A stretch of DNA of 64,000 nt, taken from the IMG/VR virus record IMGVR_UViG_3300046804_003398. One strand, 5' to 3'. Each line of letters opens with the position of its first letter. The first letter of the stretch is position 1. The DNA is from a virus. Taxonomy: Duplodnaviria; Caudoviricetes. The position numbers and the translations under genes are program-made. Shown piece by piece: positions 1-9,352 of the stretch. The notes beneath the pieces are model-generated. The model worked only from the letters and a program-made list of their open reading frames with translations. It made no database searches and was not told the origin of the DNA.

Positions 1-2146
1 CCAAGAATTGTTGCATGAACTTACGAAACTGAATTGGGAATGATGTTCTAACAACGTCAATACCCTTCACTTCCATTTCATCACACACGATACCACCCTT
101 GTTGATGATAAACTGTGCATATCGTTTCTTAGCCAACCAAAAACCAGTCTTTGCAATAACTTCTTGTTTTGCATCAAACCGATGTTTTTCGATGTTAAAG
201 AATCGAACTGCCATCATATCATAAAACTTATTGACAAACGACTGAACTTCGTCAGTCACCTTCAAGATTGCATCCGTCATTTGTTTTTCATCGTTCTGAT
301 CAATCTCAGGCATGTTTTTCTGGATGATAGGCAACGCACTTGCGAAACAAGAATCAGTGTCGGTATAAATCACCCAATCACCTTCGGTTTCGTTCAATGT
401 CTTCTTGAAATATTCATTGATTGCCTTACCAGTGGTCTTGATAATATCTTGACCAGTGATAGTCACGGCACTTGCATTATCCTTATCATAGAATCTAAAG
501 ATAGGAAGACCCAAAACACCATAGATTGAGTTGAGTAGAACCTTTTGAACCTTCTGTCTCTGTTCATAAAATTCATACATAGACTCATCACCTTGTTCGT
601 GATACTTCTTAGCCATCTTACGCATGTCTTTACGTTCATCGAACCACTTGACCAGAATCTCTGGAATAACACCGGCAGTCTCTTTGTAATAAAGAACACC
701 GTTACTCGCAACACTCAACTTGGATTCTGCAATCAATTTCTTGAACTGTTCATTTGTGTAAGCGTTTCCACCAATATGATAAGTGGAAATTCTGTTCTGT
801 GTGAACATCTTGGCACTGTAGTAATACAGTCTTTGTTCAATATATTGTTCCAACGAAGTTTCTTTCTGTGTGCTGTCACTCAGATTGTTGTAATCATCGG
901 TCAATTCTGCACGACGTTCATCGACGAACTTTTCATCAAATTCGATTCGGTCAATAACACCTATCTTGGTTTCAGGACTGATGTTAAGACTGATGATGAT
1001 ATTCGGATACATCGATGTAAGGTCCAAGTCAAAAACCCAATCATAACGACCAGGCTTAGGAGCCTTAACATATGCACCCTCAAATCCTTCTTCATTTTCA
1101 TCTAAACGTTGTTCATATTCTTCCCTACCTTCAATAGGTTTATTCTTGGCAACTTGTCCCTTTCTGCGAAGATACATAAGAATTGCACCTTCGATGAATC
1201 GTGAACTCATTTGATAACAATCATATGGAACGTGACCCTTGTGACAAATAGCCCTAGCCAACTCAATAAACTGAAGTTTCTTCTCCAATGCGACAATAAT
1301 CTGAACGTCATTCAAGTTGTATTCGATATACTTCTTGATATCAGACTTATACAAATCATCAAGACTTCCTTTGTAGGTAATCTTTTCCATACCCACAACC
1401 TTCTTACCAATCGCATTAAGTGCGTAACTTGGCTCTTTCTTGATGTTCAACTTTTCATACAAACGCATATAGTCCAAGTGAGTCACACCAGCGATTACGA
1501 GTTTCTTACTCCAATCGTTGATATAAGTCACACCAATCGGACTCATACGTTTTGCTTGTGAAGCACCAATAATGTTCTTCATTCGACGATACAAGTAAGG
1601 CATGTCGAAATCATTACTGTTCCAACCAGTCACAATAGTTGGTTGAATTTCTTCCCACTTGGTAACAAAGTGAGCCAACAAACTTTCCTCCGTGGTAAAA
1701 CTCACAACCTCAACATTATCTTTGGAAAATGTCTCAAGTTTACCTTCTCTATCAAGAATGAAAGCAGTATACTTTTCGGTCAGACCATCACAGATTGCGA
1801 TCGCTGTAATTTCCTTGTCTGCTTCATCAACGTTTGGAAATCCACCTTCGGTGCTGACCTCAATGTCCAGATACAACACACGATGTCCTTCTGAAAGATC
1901 ATCACTATCTTCGTATGCGTCGATCAAGATTCTGGTTTCAATCGGAACGTCCGACTCAAACAACGATGGATCTCTGGGATTAAAACTATAAACCTTCTCA
2001 AGTTCATCACCAAAAATACTCTTATACTTTCCGTTGGGACGTTTACGATACGCATACGGTCTGAACACGAAGTTCGTGTAACCTTTTTTGTCATCCCAAA
2101 GATGACACGTATTTGTCTTTTTGTCGAAATAGATGTTTTGATACAT
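1..2146 (-). CDS. gp43: Family B DNA polymerase (T4 gp43-like), 3' end runs off the left edge
   Basis: Not in the ORF track because it is truncated. My translation from the ATG at 2146 reads MYQNIYFDKKTNTCHLWDD..., with exonuclease motifs YLDIEVST, TGWNSNDFDMPY and YNLNDV, polymerase motif A FDLDLTSMYPNII, and KGIDVVRTSFP near position 1. Confidence 0.95.
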   Translation of the reverse strand, partial: MYQNIYFDKKTNTCHLWDDKKGYTNFVFRPYAYRKRPNGKYKSIFGDELEKVYSFNPRDPSLFESDVPIETRILIDAYEDSDDLSEGHRVLYLDIEVSTEGGFPNVDEADKEITAIAICDGLTEKYTAFILDREGKLETFSKDNVEVVSFTTEESLLAHFVTKWEEIQPTIVTGWNSNDFDMPYLYRRMKNIIGASQAKRMSPIGVTYINDWSKKLVIAGVTHLDYMRLYEKLNIKKEPSYALNAIGKKVVGMEKITYKGSLDDLYKSDIKKYIEYNLNDVQIIVALEKKLQFIELARAICHKGHVPYDCYQMSSRFIEGAILMYLRRKGQVAKNKPIEGREEYEQRLDENEEGFEGAYVKAPKPGRYDWVFDLDLTSMYPNIIISLNISPETKIGVIDRIEFDEKFVDERRAELTDDYNNLSDSTQKETSLEQYIEQRLYYYSAKMFTQNRISTYHIGGNAYTNEQFKKLIAESKLSVASNGVLYYKETAGVIPEILVKWFDERKDMRKMAKKYHEQGDESMYEFYEQRQKVQKVLLNSIYGVLGLPIFRFYDKDNASAVTITGQDIIKTTGKAINEYFKKTLNETEGDWVIYTDTDSCFASALPIIQKNMPEIDQNDEKQMTDAILKVTDEVQSFVNKFYDMMAVRFFNIEKHRFDAKQEVIAKTGFWLAKKRYAQFIINKGGIVCDEMEVKGIDVVRTSFPIQFRKFMQQFL

Positions 2147-2157
2147 AACCTATGTTC

Positions 2158-2388
2158 TTATGGTAGTCGCAACTTGTCCATAAGTCCATCGAAAACTTGC
2201 AGCTTCTCTGGCTTGATCATGAGTCTGCAATTTGTTAACCTGTTCATCAATGTTCTATGGTTAATACTTGTGAATAAAGATGGTTCAAGGTCAACTCCCG
2301 CTAATACGGGTGGGTTGACCTTGTTCACACAATACCACAATATTGATAATTCGTCTTCGTTGAGACTGTGTAACTGTTGTAGTGTCAT
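2158..2388 (-). CDS. Hypothetical protein (76 aa)
   Basis: ORF coupled to the upstream gene by a TAATG stop/start overlap at 2386-2390, and fills the gap to the polymerase. Confidence 0.7.
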   Translation of the reverse strand: MTLQQLHSLNEDELSILWYCVNKVNPPVLAGVDLEPSLFTSINHRTLMNRLTNCRLMIKPEKLQVFDGLMDKLRLP

Positions 2389-3125
2389 TATTTCAGTTTA
2401 AAACCAAAAATGTTAGAACCATAATTTACAAACAAAACATTATCCAATTTGGACTGCAATGTCTTTAATTCAGCTGTATGAACTTCTTTTTCTACATCTT
2501 CTACTTCTTTGATACTGAAGCTGTTGCCTGTGGTCTTTACGCTAGCTTCTCTTGGACTCAAAGATGCTTGTGGAGTTATTACCAAGAAGTCACCCTCCTT
2601 CAAATCCTTCTTTTTCTTGCTGCTCTTTGCATCTAGCACCACAGCCTTACCTTCTACAACATATACTTGCGTAAATTTTTCTCCAGACTTAACAAAAAGT
2701 TTTGCCTTGTCGAAAATAACAAGTGCCATCGAAGTTCCGATAGTCACCGATTTGTCTGATTCGCTGATGATATACAATTCTCCTTGAGTAGAGAAGTTGA
2801 GAGAATGATCCTTGATTTTCACCACTTCAGGTAGCGAAAAATTGTTTACATACTCAGTCTGAGTTGCATTGAAATAAGCTGCTGAGTTTTCCTTTTGATA
2901 CACAGAAACCCTATATGGCAGGGCGTATGACGCAGTTCCGTTTGTTCCAATTGTTACTGATAAGTTATTGGTCAAAGTATAGGTCTTACCATTTGTTGTA
3001 GGCAATACGTTCAGTTTATTTGCAACAACCTCACCCAATTCAACTTTATCTGTAGAATCATATAGATAAAGATCGTTTGCTAATAACGAGACTCCAGTTA
3101 GTAATAATGTTAGTAATTTCTTCAT
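2388..3125 (-). CDS. Secreted protein with signal peptide, FecR-like beta domain
   Basis: N-terminus MKKLLTLLLTGVSLLA looks like a signal peptide. The segment FVKSGEKFTQVYVVEGKAVV resembles the FecR domain C-terminal T-x-V-x-V-x-E-G-x-V motif. Confidence 0.5.
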   Translation of the reverse strand: MKKLLTLLLTGVSLLANDLYLYDSTDKVELGEVVANKLNVLPTTNGKTYTLTNNLSVTIGTNGTASYALPYRVSVYQKENSAAYFNATQTEYVNNFSLPEVVKIKDHSLNFSTQGELYIISESDKSVTIGTSMALVIFDKAKLFVKSGEKFTQVYVVEGKAVVLDAKSSKKKKDLKEGDFLVITPQASLSPREASVKTTGNSFSIKEVEDVEKEVHTAELKTLQSKLDNVLFVNYGSNIFGFKLK

Positions 3126-3149
3126 ACGTTAATAAATAGTTGTTATAAA

Positions 3150-3177
3150 TTGACAGTTCAAGGTTATAGTGTATCAT
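3150..3177 (+). promoter_or_regulatory. Sigma70-like promoter for the nuclease/glycosyltransferase operon
   Basis: TTGACA (3150-3155), 16-nt spacer, TATCAT (3172-3177), just upstream of the ATG at 3184. Confidence 0.6.
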
Positions 3178-3183
3178 GTCATT

Positions 3184-4068
3184 ATGTCTGTTCAAGAAAT
3201 AAAAAAGAATCGTGTTAGTTTCAGCCAATATTCGACATTTTTGAAGTGTCCACACAAGTGGTATTTGGATTATGTCAAGAATCTTCGTGTGCGTGATGAT
3301 AGTATTCACACCACATTTGGAACTGCAATTCACCATGTGTTTCAAACATATTTGGATACACTGTATAAGAAGAGTGTGACCGAAGCTGATTCATTGAACC
3401 TCAATAAAATCTTCATTGACAAGTTTACTGAAGAAGTCAAGAAGTTAAAGCCTGAAGATTACAACGAAGAAGAGTTCACTGACTTTTGTTTTGATGGACA
3501 AGACATTATCTCTACATTCTGTAAGACTGCCAATAGACTCAAGTATTTTCCCGCAAAAGACTATGAACTGATTGGTATTGAAATTCCTTTGGAGATGCCA
3601 CTCAAAAACAACGTTGAATTCGTTGGGTTTATTGACATTGTTCTTAAAGAAGTAAACAAGGAAAAGTATCGTATTATTGACTTCAAAACTTCTGGTCAAG
3701 GTTGGAACAAGTATCAAAAAGAAGACGAAAGCAAATATGCGCAACTTCACCTATACAAGAGTGTTTACAGTAAGAAGTTCAATGTTCCTTTGGACTCTAT
3801 TGATGTCGAATTCTTCATTGTAAAGCGTAAGTTGTTAGAAAACGTTAGCTTCCCACAAAGCAGAATTCAAGTATTTATTCCTCCTCATGGATCAAACCAT
3901 ATCAAGGAATCAATCAATAACTTCATTGAATTCTTGGATCATGGATTCAAACCAGATGGATCTTATAATGAGGATAGTCAATATCCCAAGATTCCAGGCA
4001 ATGGTAAAAAGAACTGCAAGTATTGTATCCACTACAAGAAAACTTGCGACGGTAAAGCCACAAAATAA
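3184..4068 (+). CDS. Cas4/AddB-like PD-(D/E)XK exonuclease with probable 4Fe-4S cysteines
   Basis: SFSQYSTFLKCP, GTAIH, GFIDIV, IIDFKTS, QLHLY and C-terminal CKYC...C. Start moved to 3184 because the track start overlaps the -10 box. Confidence 0.85.
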   Translation: MSVQEIKKNRVSFSQYSTFLKCPHKWYLDYVKNLRVRDDSIHTTFGTAIHHVFQTYLDTLYKKSVTEADSLNLNKIFIDKFTEEVKKLKPEDYNEEEFTDFCFDGQDIISTFCKTANRLKYFPAKDYELIGIEIPLEMPLKNNVEFVGFIDIVLKEVNKEKYRIIDFKTSGQGWNKYQKEDESKYAQLHLYKSVYSKKFNVPLDSIDVEFFIVKRKLLENVSFPQSRIQVFIPPHGSNHIKESINNFIEFLDHGFKPDGSYNEDSQYPKIPGNGKKNCKYCIHYKKTCDGKATK

Positions 4069-4117
4069 AATATAAGATCCGCCAGCATATTTACATATGT
4101 ATATATGTGAATATGTT

Positions 4118-4339
4118 ATGGATCAATTTGTTACTACAGTAAAACTTGATAATGAGTTATATACTCAGTTCAAGGAAATCAATGTGCGAGCACGTATATC
4201 TTTTCAGGACTTTGTAAACAAGTGTCTTGAGAAATATGTTGAAGACGATGATTTTAGAAATGAAATCAGCGAGAGTGTTGTGCAGCAGTTGAGTTATAAT
4301 AAACCGTTTCAACTCTCAAATCCCAAAAGCAAACAATGA
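4118..4339 (+). CDS. Small ribbon-helix-helix-like DNA-binding protein
   Basis: TTVKLDNELYTQFKEINVRARISFQDFVNKCLEKYV follows a beta-helix-helix RHH pattern. Confidence 0.5.
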   Translation: MDQFVTTVKLDNELYTQFKEINVRARISFQDFVNKCLEKYVEDDDFRNEISESVVQQLSYNKPFQLSNPKSKQ

Positions 4340-4881
4340 AAAAGAAAAAGATACTATTATTAAGTGATGATCTTCGAATGCATAGTGGTGTGGCAACTAT
4401 GAGTCGAGAACTGGTATTAGGAACATTACACCATTATGACTGGGTTCAGATCGCTGGTGCAATCAAACATCCAGAAGCCGGTAAGGTTGTGGATATGTGT
4501 GATGCTTCCAATAAATTGACGGGTCTAAAGGACTCTTATTTGAAGTTATATCCAGCCGATGGTTATGGTAATGAAGAAACACTGTTTGGTGTGATTGGTG
4601 CTGAGAAGCCTGATGCTATCCTACACTTTACAGATCCTCGTTATTGGGCTTGGTTGTATCTAATTGAGAATCAAATAAGAAGCAAGATTCCTTTAACATA
4701 TCTGGACATTTGGGATGATCTACCATATCCTATGTGGAATAGACCGTTCTATAAGAGTTGTGATGCTTTGTTTGCTATTAGTAAACAGACCGACAATCTA
4801 AACAAGTGGGTATTGGGACCAGAGTATTGCACCAGTATCTATGGAGACTTTGACAAGGAAGGAAAAATTGTATGCCAGTAA
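4336..4881 (+). CDS. Glycosyltransferase (GT-B/GT4-like), N-terminal half
   Basis: KILLLSDDLRMHSGVATMSRE, KPDAILHFTDPRYW and CDALFAISKQT are typical GT4 N-terminal domain motifs; no C-terminal domain in this ORF. Confidence 0.8.
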   Translation: MKKKKILLLSDDLRMHSGVATMSRELVLGTLHHYDWVQIAGAIKHPEAGKVVDMCDASNKLTGLKDSYLKLYPADGYGNEETLFGVIGAEKPDAILHFTDPRYWAWLYLIENQIRSKIPLTYLDIWDDLPYPMWNRPFYKSCDALFAISKQTDNLNKWVLGPEYCTSIYGDFDKEGKIVCQ

Positions 4882-5840
4882 AAGGAAAACATTTATTACA
4901 TTACGTTCCACACGGAATCGACTCAAAGGTGTTTAATACACTTCCCAAGAACAATGGCTTGGTCAACAAACTAAAAAAGGAGTTATTGGGTGACACCAAT
5001 TACAAGTTCGTGATTGGGTTCAACAGTAGAAACACTCATAGAAAGCATCCCGCCAACCTAATTTTGGCATTCAAGAACTTCTGTGATCATTTGACTCCAG
5101 AACAAGCAAAAGAATGTGCTTTGTTGATGCATACGGACAAAACGTGTGATCAAGGAACCAACCTATTGTCAGTTATTGATGCAGTATGTCCAGACTATAC
5201 TGTGGTCATCGATGAAAATCGTAGAACTCCAGAAGAAATGGTCGCATTTTACAACATTTGTGATGTGGTTGCCAATGTGAGTTCCAATGAAGGATTTGGA
5301 TTAAGTATTGCTGAAGCAATCATGTGTGGAACTCCAGTTATTGCAACTGTGACTGGTGGTCTACAAGATCAATTGGGACTAGTGGATGATGATGGAAATC
5401 CATACGAGTTTAACTTAGAGTTTGGCACCAACGTCACTGGTAAATACAAGAAGCATGGTGTTTGGTCAAAGCCATTGTGGACCAAGGTTCAAACACTACA
5501 AGGTAGTCCTCCTACACCATACATCATGGATGACTTTGTGGATTACAAGGATATTTCTGAGGCTATCATGTATTGGTATTTGGTTGGTCCAGAAAAGAGA
5601 GAGTCATACGGTGCTGAAGGTAGACGTTGGGCACTGAACGAAGGTGGTATTAATTCTAAGAACATGTGTGATCAGTTCATTAAAGCAATGGATTTCACTA
5701 TTGATAACTTTACACCACCTAAGAAGTTTGGTATATTCCGTTATAGTGAAGAGTTCAACACGGATAATTTGCCACAAGACAAACTTGGATTTGATATGCA
5801 CAAGATCGATGTTGAAGCCATCAAGAAGGAAATTCAATGA
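4872..5840 (+). CDS. Glycosyltransferase (GT-B/GT4-like), C-terminal half
   Basis: YVPHGID, RKHPANLILAF, FYNICDVVANVSSNEGFGLSIAEAIMCGTPVIATVTGGLQDQ (GT4 E-x7-E motif). Confidence 0.85.
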   Translation: MPVKGKHLLHYVPHGIDSKVFNTLPKNNGLVNKLKKELLGDTNYKFVIGFNSRNTHRKHPANLILAFKNFCDHLTPEQAKECALLMHTDKTCDQGTNLLSVIDAVCPDYTVVIDENRRTPEEMVAFYNICDVVANVSSNEGFGLSIAEAIMCGTPVIATVTGGLQDQLGLVDDDGNPYEFNLEFGTNVTGKYKKHGVWSKPLWTKVQTLQGSPPTPYIMDDFVDYKDISEAIMYWYLVGPEKRESYGAEGRRWALNEGGINSKNMCDQFIKAMDFTIDNFTPPKKFGIFRYSEEFNTDNLPQDKLGFDMHKIDVEAIKKEIQ

Positions 5841-6412
5841 ATGTTAAAAAATTATCTGATAAAGCGGTAATTCCTAGTAAGGGAAGTGTTGGTGCGGCTG
5901 GTTATGATTTGTATACAACCGAATCATATGAGCTTAAACCAGGCGAACGTAAAGCATTTAAGACTGATATTGCATTGGCTATACCAGACGGATTCTATGG
6001 TCGAGTAGCACCACGTAGCGGACTTGCTGTTAAACACGGTATTGATGTTCTTGCCGGTGTTATTGATAGTGACTATCGTGGAGAAATTCTAGTTGCACTA
6101 ATCAACCTCGGTGAAAAACCAGTTCAACTACCTATTGTAAAAGACGGTAAAGAAACCGCAATTGCTCAAATTATTTTTGAACGATGTGGAACTATTACCG
6201 GTGGATTTGTTGAAGTCGATGATCTCACTGCTACGCAACGTGGATCTGGTGGATTTGGTAGTAGTGACAACAAACGTGAAACAATTGACCAAGCATCCAA
6301 ACAAATGTCAAAGATGGAAGAACTATACAACAAGTTGGGAGGCATTCCAACACCAGCAAGAAAGTATAGTGAACTAGTCAACGAAAGAGAACAACAACAA
6401 TTCAATAAATAA
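5837..6412 (+). CDS. dut: Trimeric dUTPase with C-terminal extension
   Basis: AAGYDL, RVAPRSGLA, AGVIDSDYRGEI, AQII and RGSGGFGSS motifs I-V. Confidence 0.95.
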   Translation: MNVKKLSDKAVIPSKGSVGAAGYDLYTTESYELKPGERKAFKTDIALAIPDGFYGRVAPRSGLAVKHGIDVLAGVIDSDYRGEILVALINLGEKPVQLPIVKDGKETAIAQIIFERCGTITGGFVEVDDLTATQRGSGGFGSSDNKRETIDQASKQMSKMEELYNKLGGIPTPARKYSELVNEREQQQFNK

Positions 6413-6413
6413 T

Positions 6414-7736
6414 ATGAGTAAACCACTATGTTTAATTTCTGGTCCAGTCTTCAACCGTAGCGGATACGGTGATTGGGCGACAGCTGTTGCTAAGAGCATC
6501 GTTCGATATGATAAATACGATGTAAAGATTGCACCTACACGTTGGGGTAATTGTCAACCAAAGCGTTATATCGAAGAACTAACAGATCCAGAAGATAGAA
6601 ACCTCACCACGAAGTTTCTGTTGCAACCTCTTCAAAAGCAACCAGATCTGTTTATTCAATTAAGTATTCCAAACGAGTTTCAACGTGTGGGTAAATACAA
6701 CATTGGTATGACCGCTGGTATTGAAACCACAGTCGCATCTGGTGAGTTCATTGAAGGTGTGAATAGAACCGATTTGACCATCGCATTGTCTAAACATTCC
6801 AAGGATGTGTTGGAAAACACCAAGATGTTGAAACAAACTCCAGATGGCAAGCGTGAAGAAATTGCGGTCAAGAAGCCAATCGAAGTATGCTTCTGGGGAG
6901 CTGACACTCGTATCTTCAAGAAGACTGATGAACGAGTTGCAACTGTTGATGAAGCACTCGACGATATCAAGGAAGACTTTGCTTACTTGTTTGTTGGTCA
7001 GTGGACTCACAGTGGATTGTTTGCGGATCGTAAGGATATTGCAAATCTAGTCAAGACCTTCTGTGAAGCATTTAACAACAACTCACCGAATAAGCCATGT
7101 TTGATCCTCAAGACTTCGGGTGTTGGATTCTCGACTGTTGATAGGTTTGAGATCCTAAACAATATCAATAAGATCACCTCATCATTTGAAGGTCAAGTTC
7201 CTAATGTATATCTGTTGCATGGTGAGTTGACTGAGGTAGAAATGAATGCATTGTTCAATCATCCAAAGGTTAAGGTTCATATTTCATTTACTCATGGTGA
7301 AGGATATGGTCACCCATTGTTGTTACAGACACTCAGTGGTAAGCCAGTTCTTGCTCCAGACTGGAGTGGTCACCTCGACTTCATGAATCCAAAGTATGCT
7401 ACACTACTTCAAGGTCAATTGGTTGATGTAGATAAGAAGTCCGTCAATCAGTGGATTATCAAGGACAGTAAGTGGTTTAGAGTATCTTATGGTCTGGCTG
7501 AAACCAAGATGAAGGAGATCTTTAATAGTAGACCAAAGAAGATATTTGAAAACGCAGAACTTCTTCGTCAAGAAAATGCTGAGAAGTTTAGCATGGATGC
7601 CATGGACAAGAAACTGTGGTCTATACTGGATCAGTATGTTCCTAAGTTTGCTGTTGAGAATCAATTTGTGCTTCCAAAGTTCACTAAGTCAACGGGTGAC
7701 TCATTGGCGGCTGGACTACCCACTTTGAAGATCTAA
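6414..7736 (+). CDS. Glycosyltransferase (GT-B/GT4-like)
   Basis: GPVFNRSGYG, YLFVGQW...RKDI, SFTHGEGYGHPLL...SGKPVLAPDWSGHLDF. Confidence 0.85.
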   Translation: MSKPLCLISGPVFNRSGYGDWATAVAKSIVRYDKYDVKIAPTRWGNCQPKRYIEELTDPEDRNLTTKFLLQPLQKQPDLFIQLSIPNEFQRVGKYNIGMTAGIETTVASGEFIEGVNRTDLTIALSKHSKDVLENTKMLKQTPDGKREEIAVKKPIEVCFWGADTRIFKKTDERVATVDEALDDIKEDFAYLFVGQWTHSGLFADRKDIANLVKTFCEAFNNNSPNKPCLILKTSGVGFSTVDRFEILNNINKITSSFEGQVPNVYLLHGELTEVEMNALFNHPKVKVHISFTHGEGYGHPLLLQTLSGKPVLAPDWSGHLDFMNPKYATLLQGQLVDVDKKSVNQWIIKDSKWFRVSYGLAETKMKEIFNSRPKKIFENAELLRQENAEKFSMDAMDKKLWSILDQYVPKFAVENQFVLPKFTKSTGDSLAAGLPTLKI

Positions 7737-7737
7737 C

Positions 7738-8379
7738 ATGTTTCTTTCATACTTAATTACTACCCATAACGAAACGACCAGCTTGGATAAGTTGTTGTCC
7801 AAGCTGGTTTCTTCCCTCAAACCAAACCAAGAAATTGTTGTGATTGATGATCACTCAACCAATCCAGATACACTGGCAGTGTTTGAGAAGTATCAAAACT
7901 CTATACAACTACGTCTTCATAGATTGGACAACAACTACGGAGCACAAAAGAACTTTGGTATTGACTCTTGTAGAGGTGAGTGGATATTCCAACTTGACGG
8001 TGACGAATATCCTACGGATGCTTTGTTGGAACATATTGAAATATTGATCAAACAAAATGATGTCAATGATGTCATTTGGTTGCCAAGATGCAATAATTTC
8101 ACGGGTGTAACTCAAGCTGACATCGATATGTGGGGTTGGCGTATGGTTGATGGTATGGTAAACTTCCCAGACTATCAGTCACGGTTGTATAAGAGAAAAC
8201 CAAACATTCGTTACAAGAAACGTTTGCATGAACGAGTTGAAGGTTATGATAGTTATACCATCATTCCTCCTCAAAAGGAATATGCAATTGTTCATGAAAA
8301 GACGATTGAAAAACAACGTGAGAGTAATGATCGGTATATGAAGAACTTTACTGTTGAGGAAAATCTGGGAACTCCATAA
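7738..8379 (+). CDS. Glycosyltransferase family 2 (GT-A)
   Basis: SYLITTHNE, VVIDDHSTN, QKNFGIDSCRGEWIFQLDGDE (DxD), FPDYQSRLY. Confidence 0.9.
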   Translation: MFLSYLITTHNETTSLDKLLSKLVSSLKPNQEIVVIDDHSTNPDTLAVFEKYQNSIQLRLHRLDNNYGAQKNFGIDSCRGEWIFQLDGDEYPTDALLEHIEILIKQNDVNDVIWLPRCNNFTGVTQADIDMWGWRMVDGMVNFPDYQSRLYKRKPNIRYKKRLHERVEGYDSYTIIPPQKEYAIVHEKTIEKQRESNDRYMKNFTVEENLGTP

Positions 8380-8380
8380 C

Positions 8381-9352
8381 ATGAGAACTTGTTTTATCAG
8401 TCCAATCAACATAAACGGAAAGGTTCCACGAAACTTCAACAACTTGAGTGTTGTGGTGTCTTGGCCGGTTGCATCCGATTCTGATATCATCAACGTCTTT
8501 GGTTTGGCACAATCTGATCCCCAATCCTTACAACAACAGTATGATATTGGTGTGATAATCCTACCCAAGGACATTTCACAACTCAATCTTGAAACTCTTC
8601 TTGTTAATGCTAAAAAGTTGTGTAAGAAGGTTGGTCATATGCAAGAGGGTAGTCATTGGTATTATCAAGATTACAAGTATGTGGATCAAATCAGATATTT
8701 GAACTTTGTTGGATCTATGGATATACTGTTTGCTCATAGTAAAACAGATGTTCCATATTACAGTGGTATATACAAAAAGAAAACGTATACCATTCAAACT
8801 CTGATTGTGGATGATGGATTACGTGCGAAGAACATTACCCCAGAAAGTAATGGTGAAGTTATTATTGGTGGTAACTTCTGTAGTTGGTATAGTGGAATTG
8901 ATAGTTACTTTGTTGCACGTAACTTCAACAAACCTATTTGGGTTCCAAGTATGGGTAGACGTATTGAAAATGAAGAACATACTCCAAACCTAAACCATTT
9001 GCCATTCTTGGAGTGGACTGATTGGATGATTGCCTTGTCCAAGTTTAGTTATGGTGTTCATTTGATGAGACCCAGAGTTGCTGGAACGTTTGCATTGAAT
9101 TGTTCTTATTGGGGTATACCATGTATTGGATATAAAGGATTGGATACTCAACAAATTCTACACCCAGATCTCAGTGTTGATACTGGAGACATTGAAAGTG
9201 CTAATAAGTTGGCAATCCAACTACGTGATGATAAAGATTTTTACAACCAATGTGTTGATGTTACCAAATCGAATTATCAAAAATATTACACCGAACAAGT
9301 TTGGTTGAAACAATGGAGAGAAATGTGCAATGATATTTTGGCGAATTCTTAA
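8381..9352 (+). CDS. Putative glycosyltransferase (divergent GT-B)
   Basis: C-terminal GTFALNCSYWGIPCIGY...QQILHPDL resembles a GT-B C-lobe, and it lies within the GT operon. Confidence 0.6.
   Translation: MRTCFISPININGKVPRNFNNLSVVVSWPVASDSDIINVFGLAQSDPQSLQQQYDIGVIILPKDISQLNLETLLVNAKKLCKKVGHMQEGSHWYYQDYKYVDQIRYLNFVGSMDILFAHSKTDVPYYSGIYKKKTYTIQTLIVDDGLRAKNITPESNGEVIIGGNFCSWYSGIDSYFVARNFNKPIWVPSMGRRIENEEHTPNLNHLPFLEWTDWMIALSKFSYGVHLMRPRVAGTFALNCSYWGIPCIGYKGLDTQQILHPDLSVDTGDIESANKLAIQLRDDKDFYNQCVDVTKSNYQKYYTEQVWLKQWREMCNDILANS

Noticed and set aside
164-2401. Plus-strand ORFs in the track over the first 2.4 kb
   Set aside because: Antisense shadows of the minus-strand DNA polymerase and its neighbour; no recognisable motifs.
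4855-4881. Canonical -1 slippery site joining the split glycosyltransferase
   Set aside because: No X XXY YYZ heptamer in frame, and the downstream ORF has its own ATG; kept only as a split/indel question.
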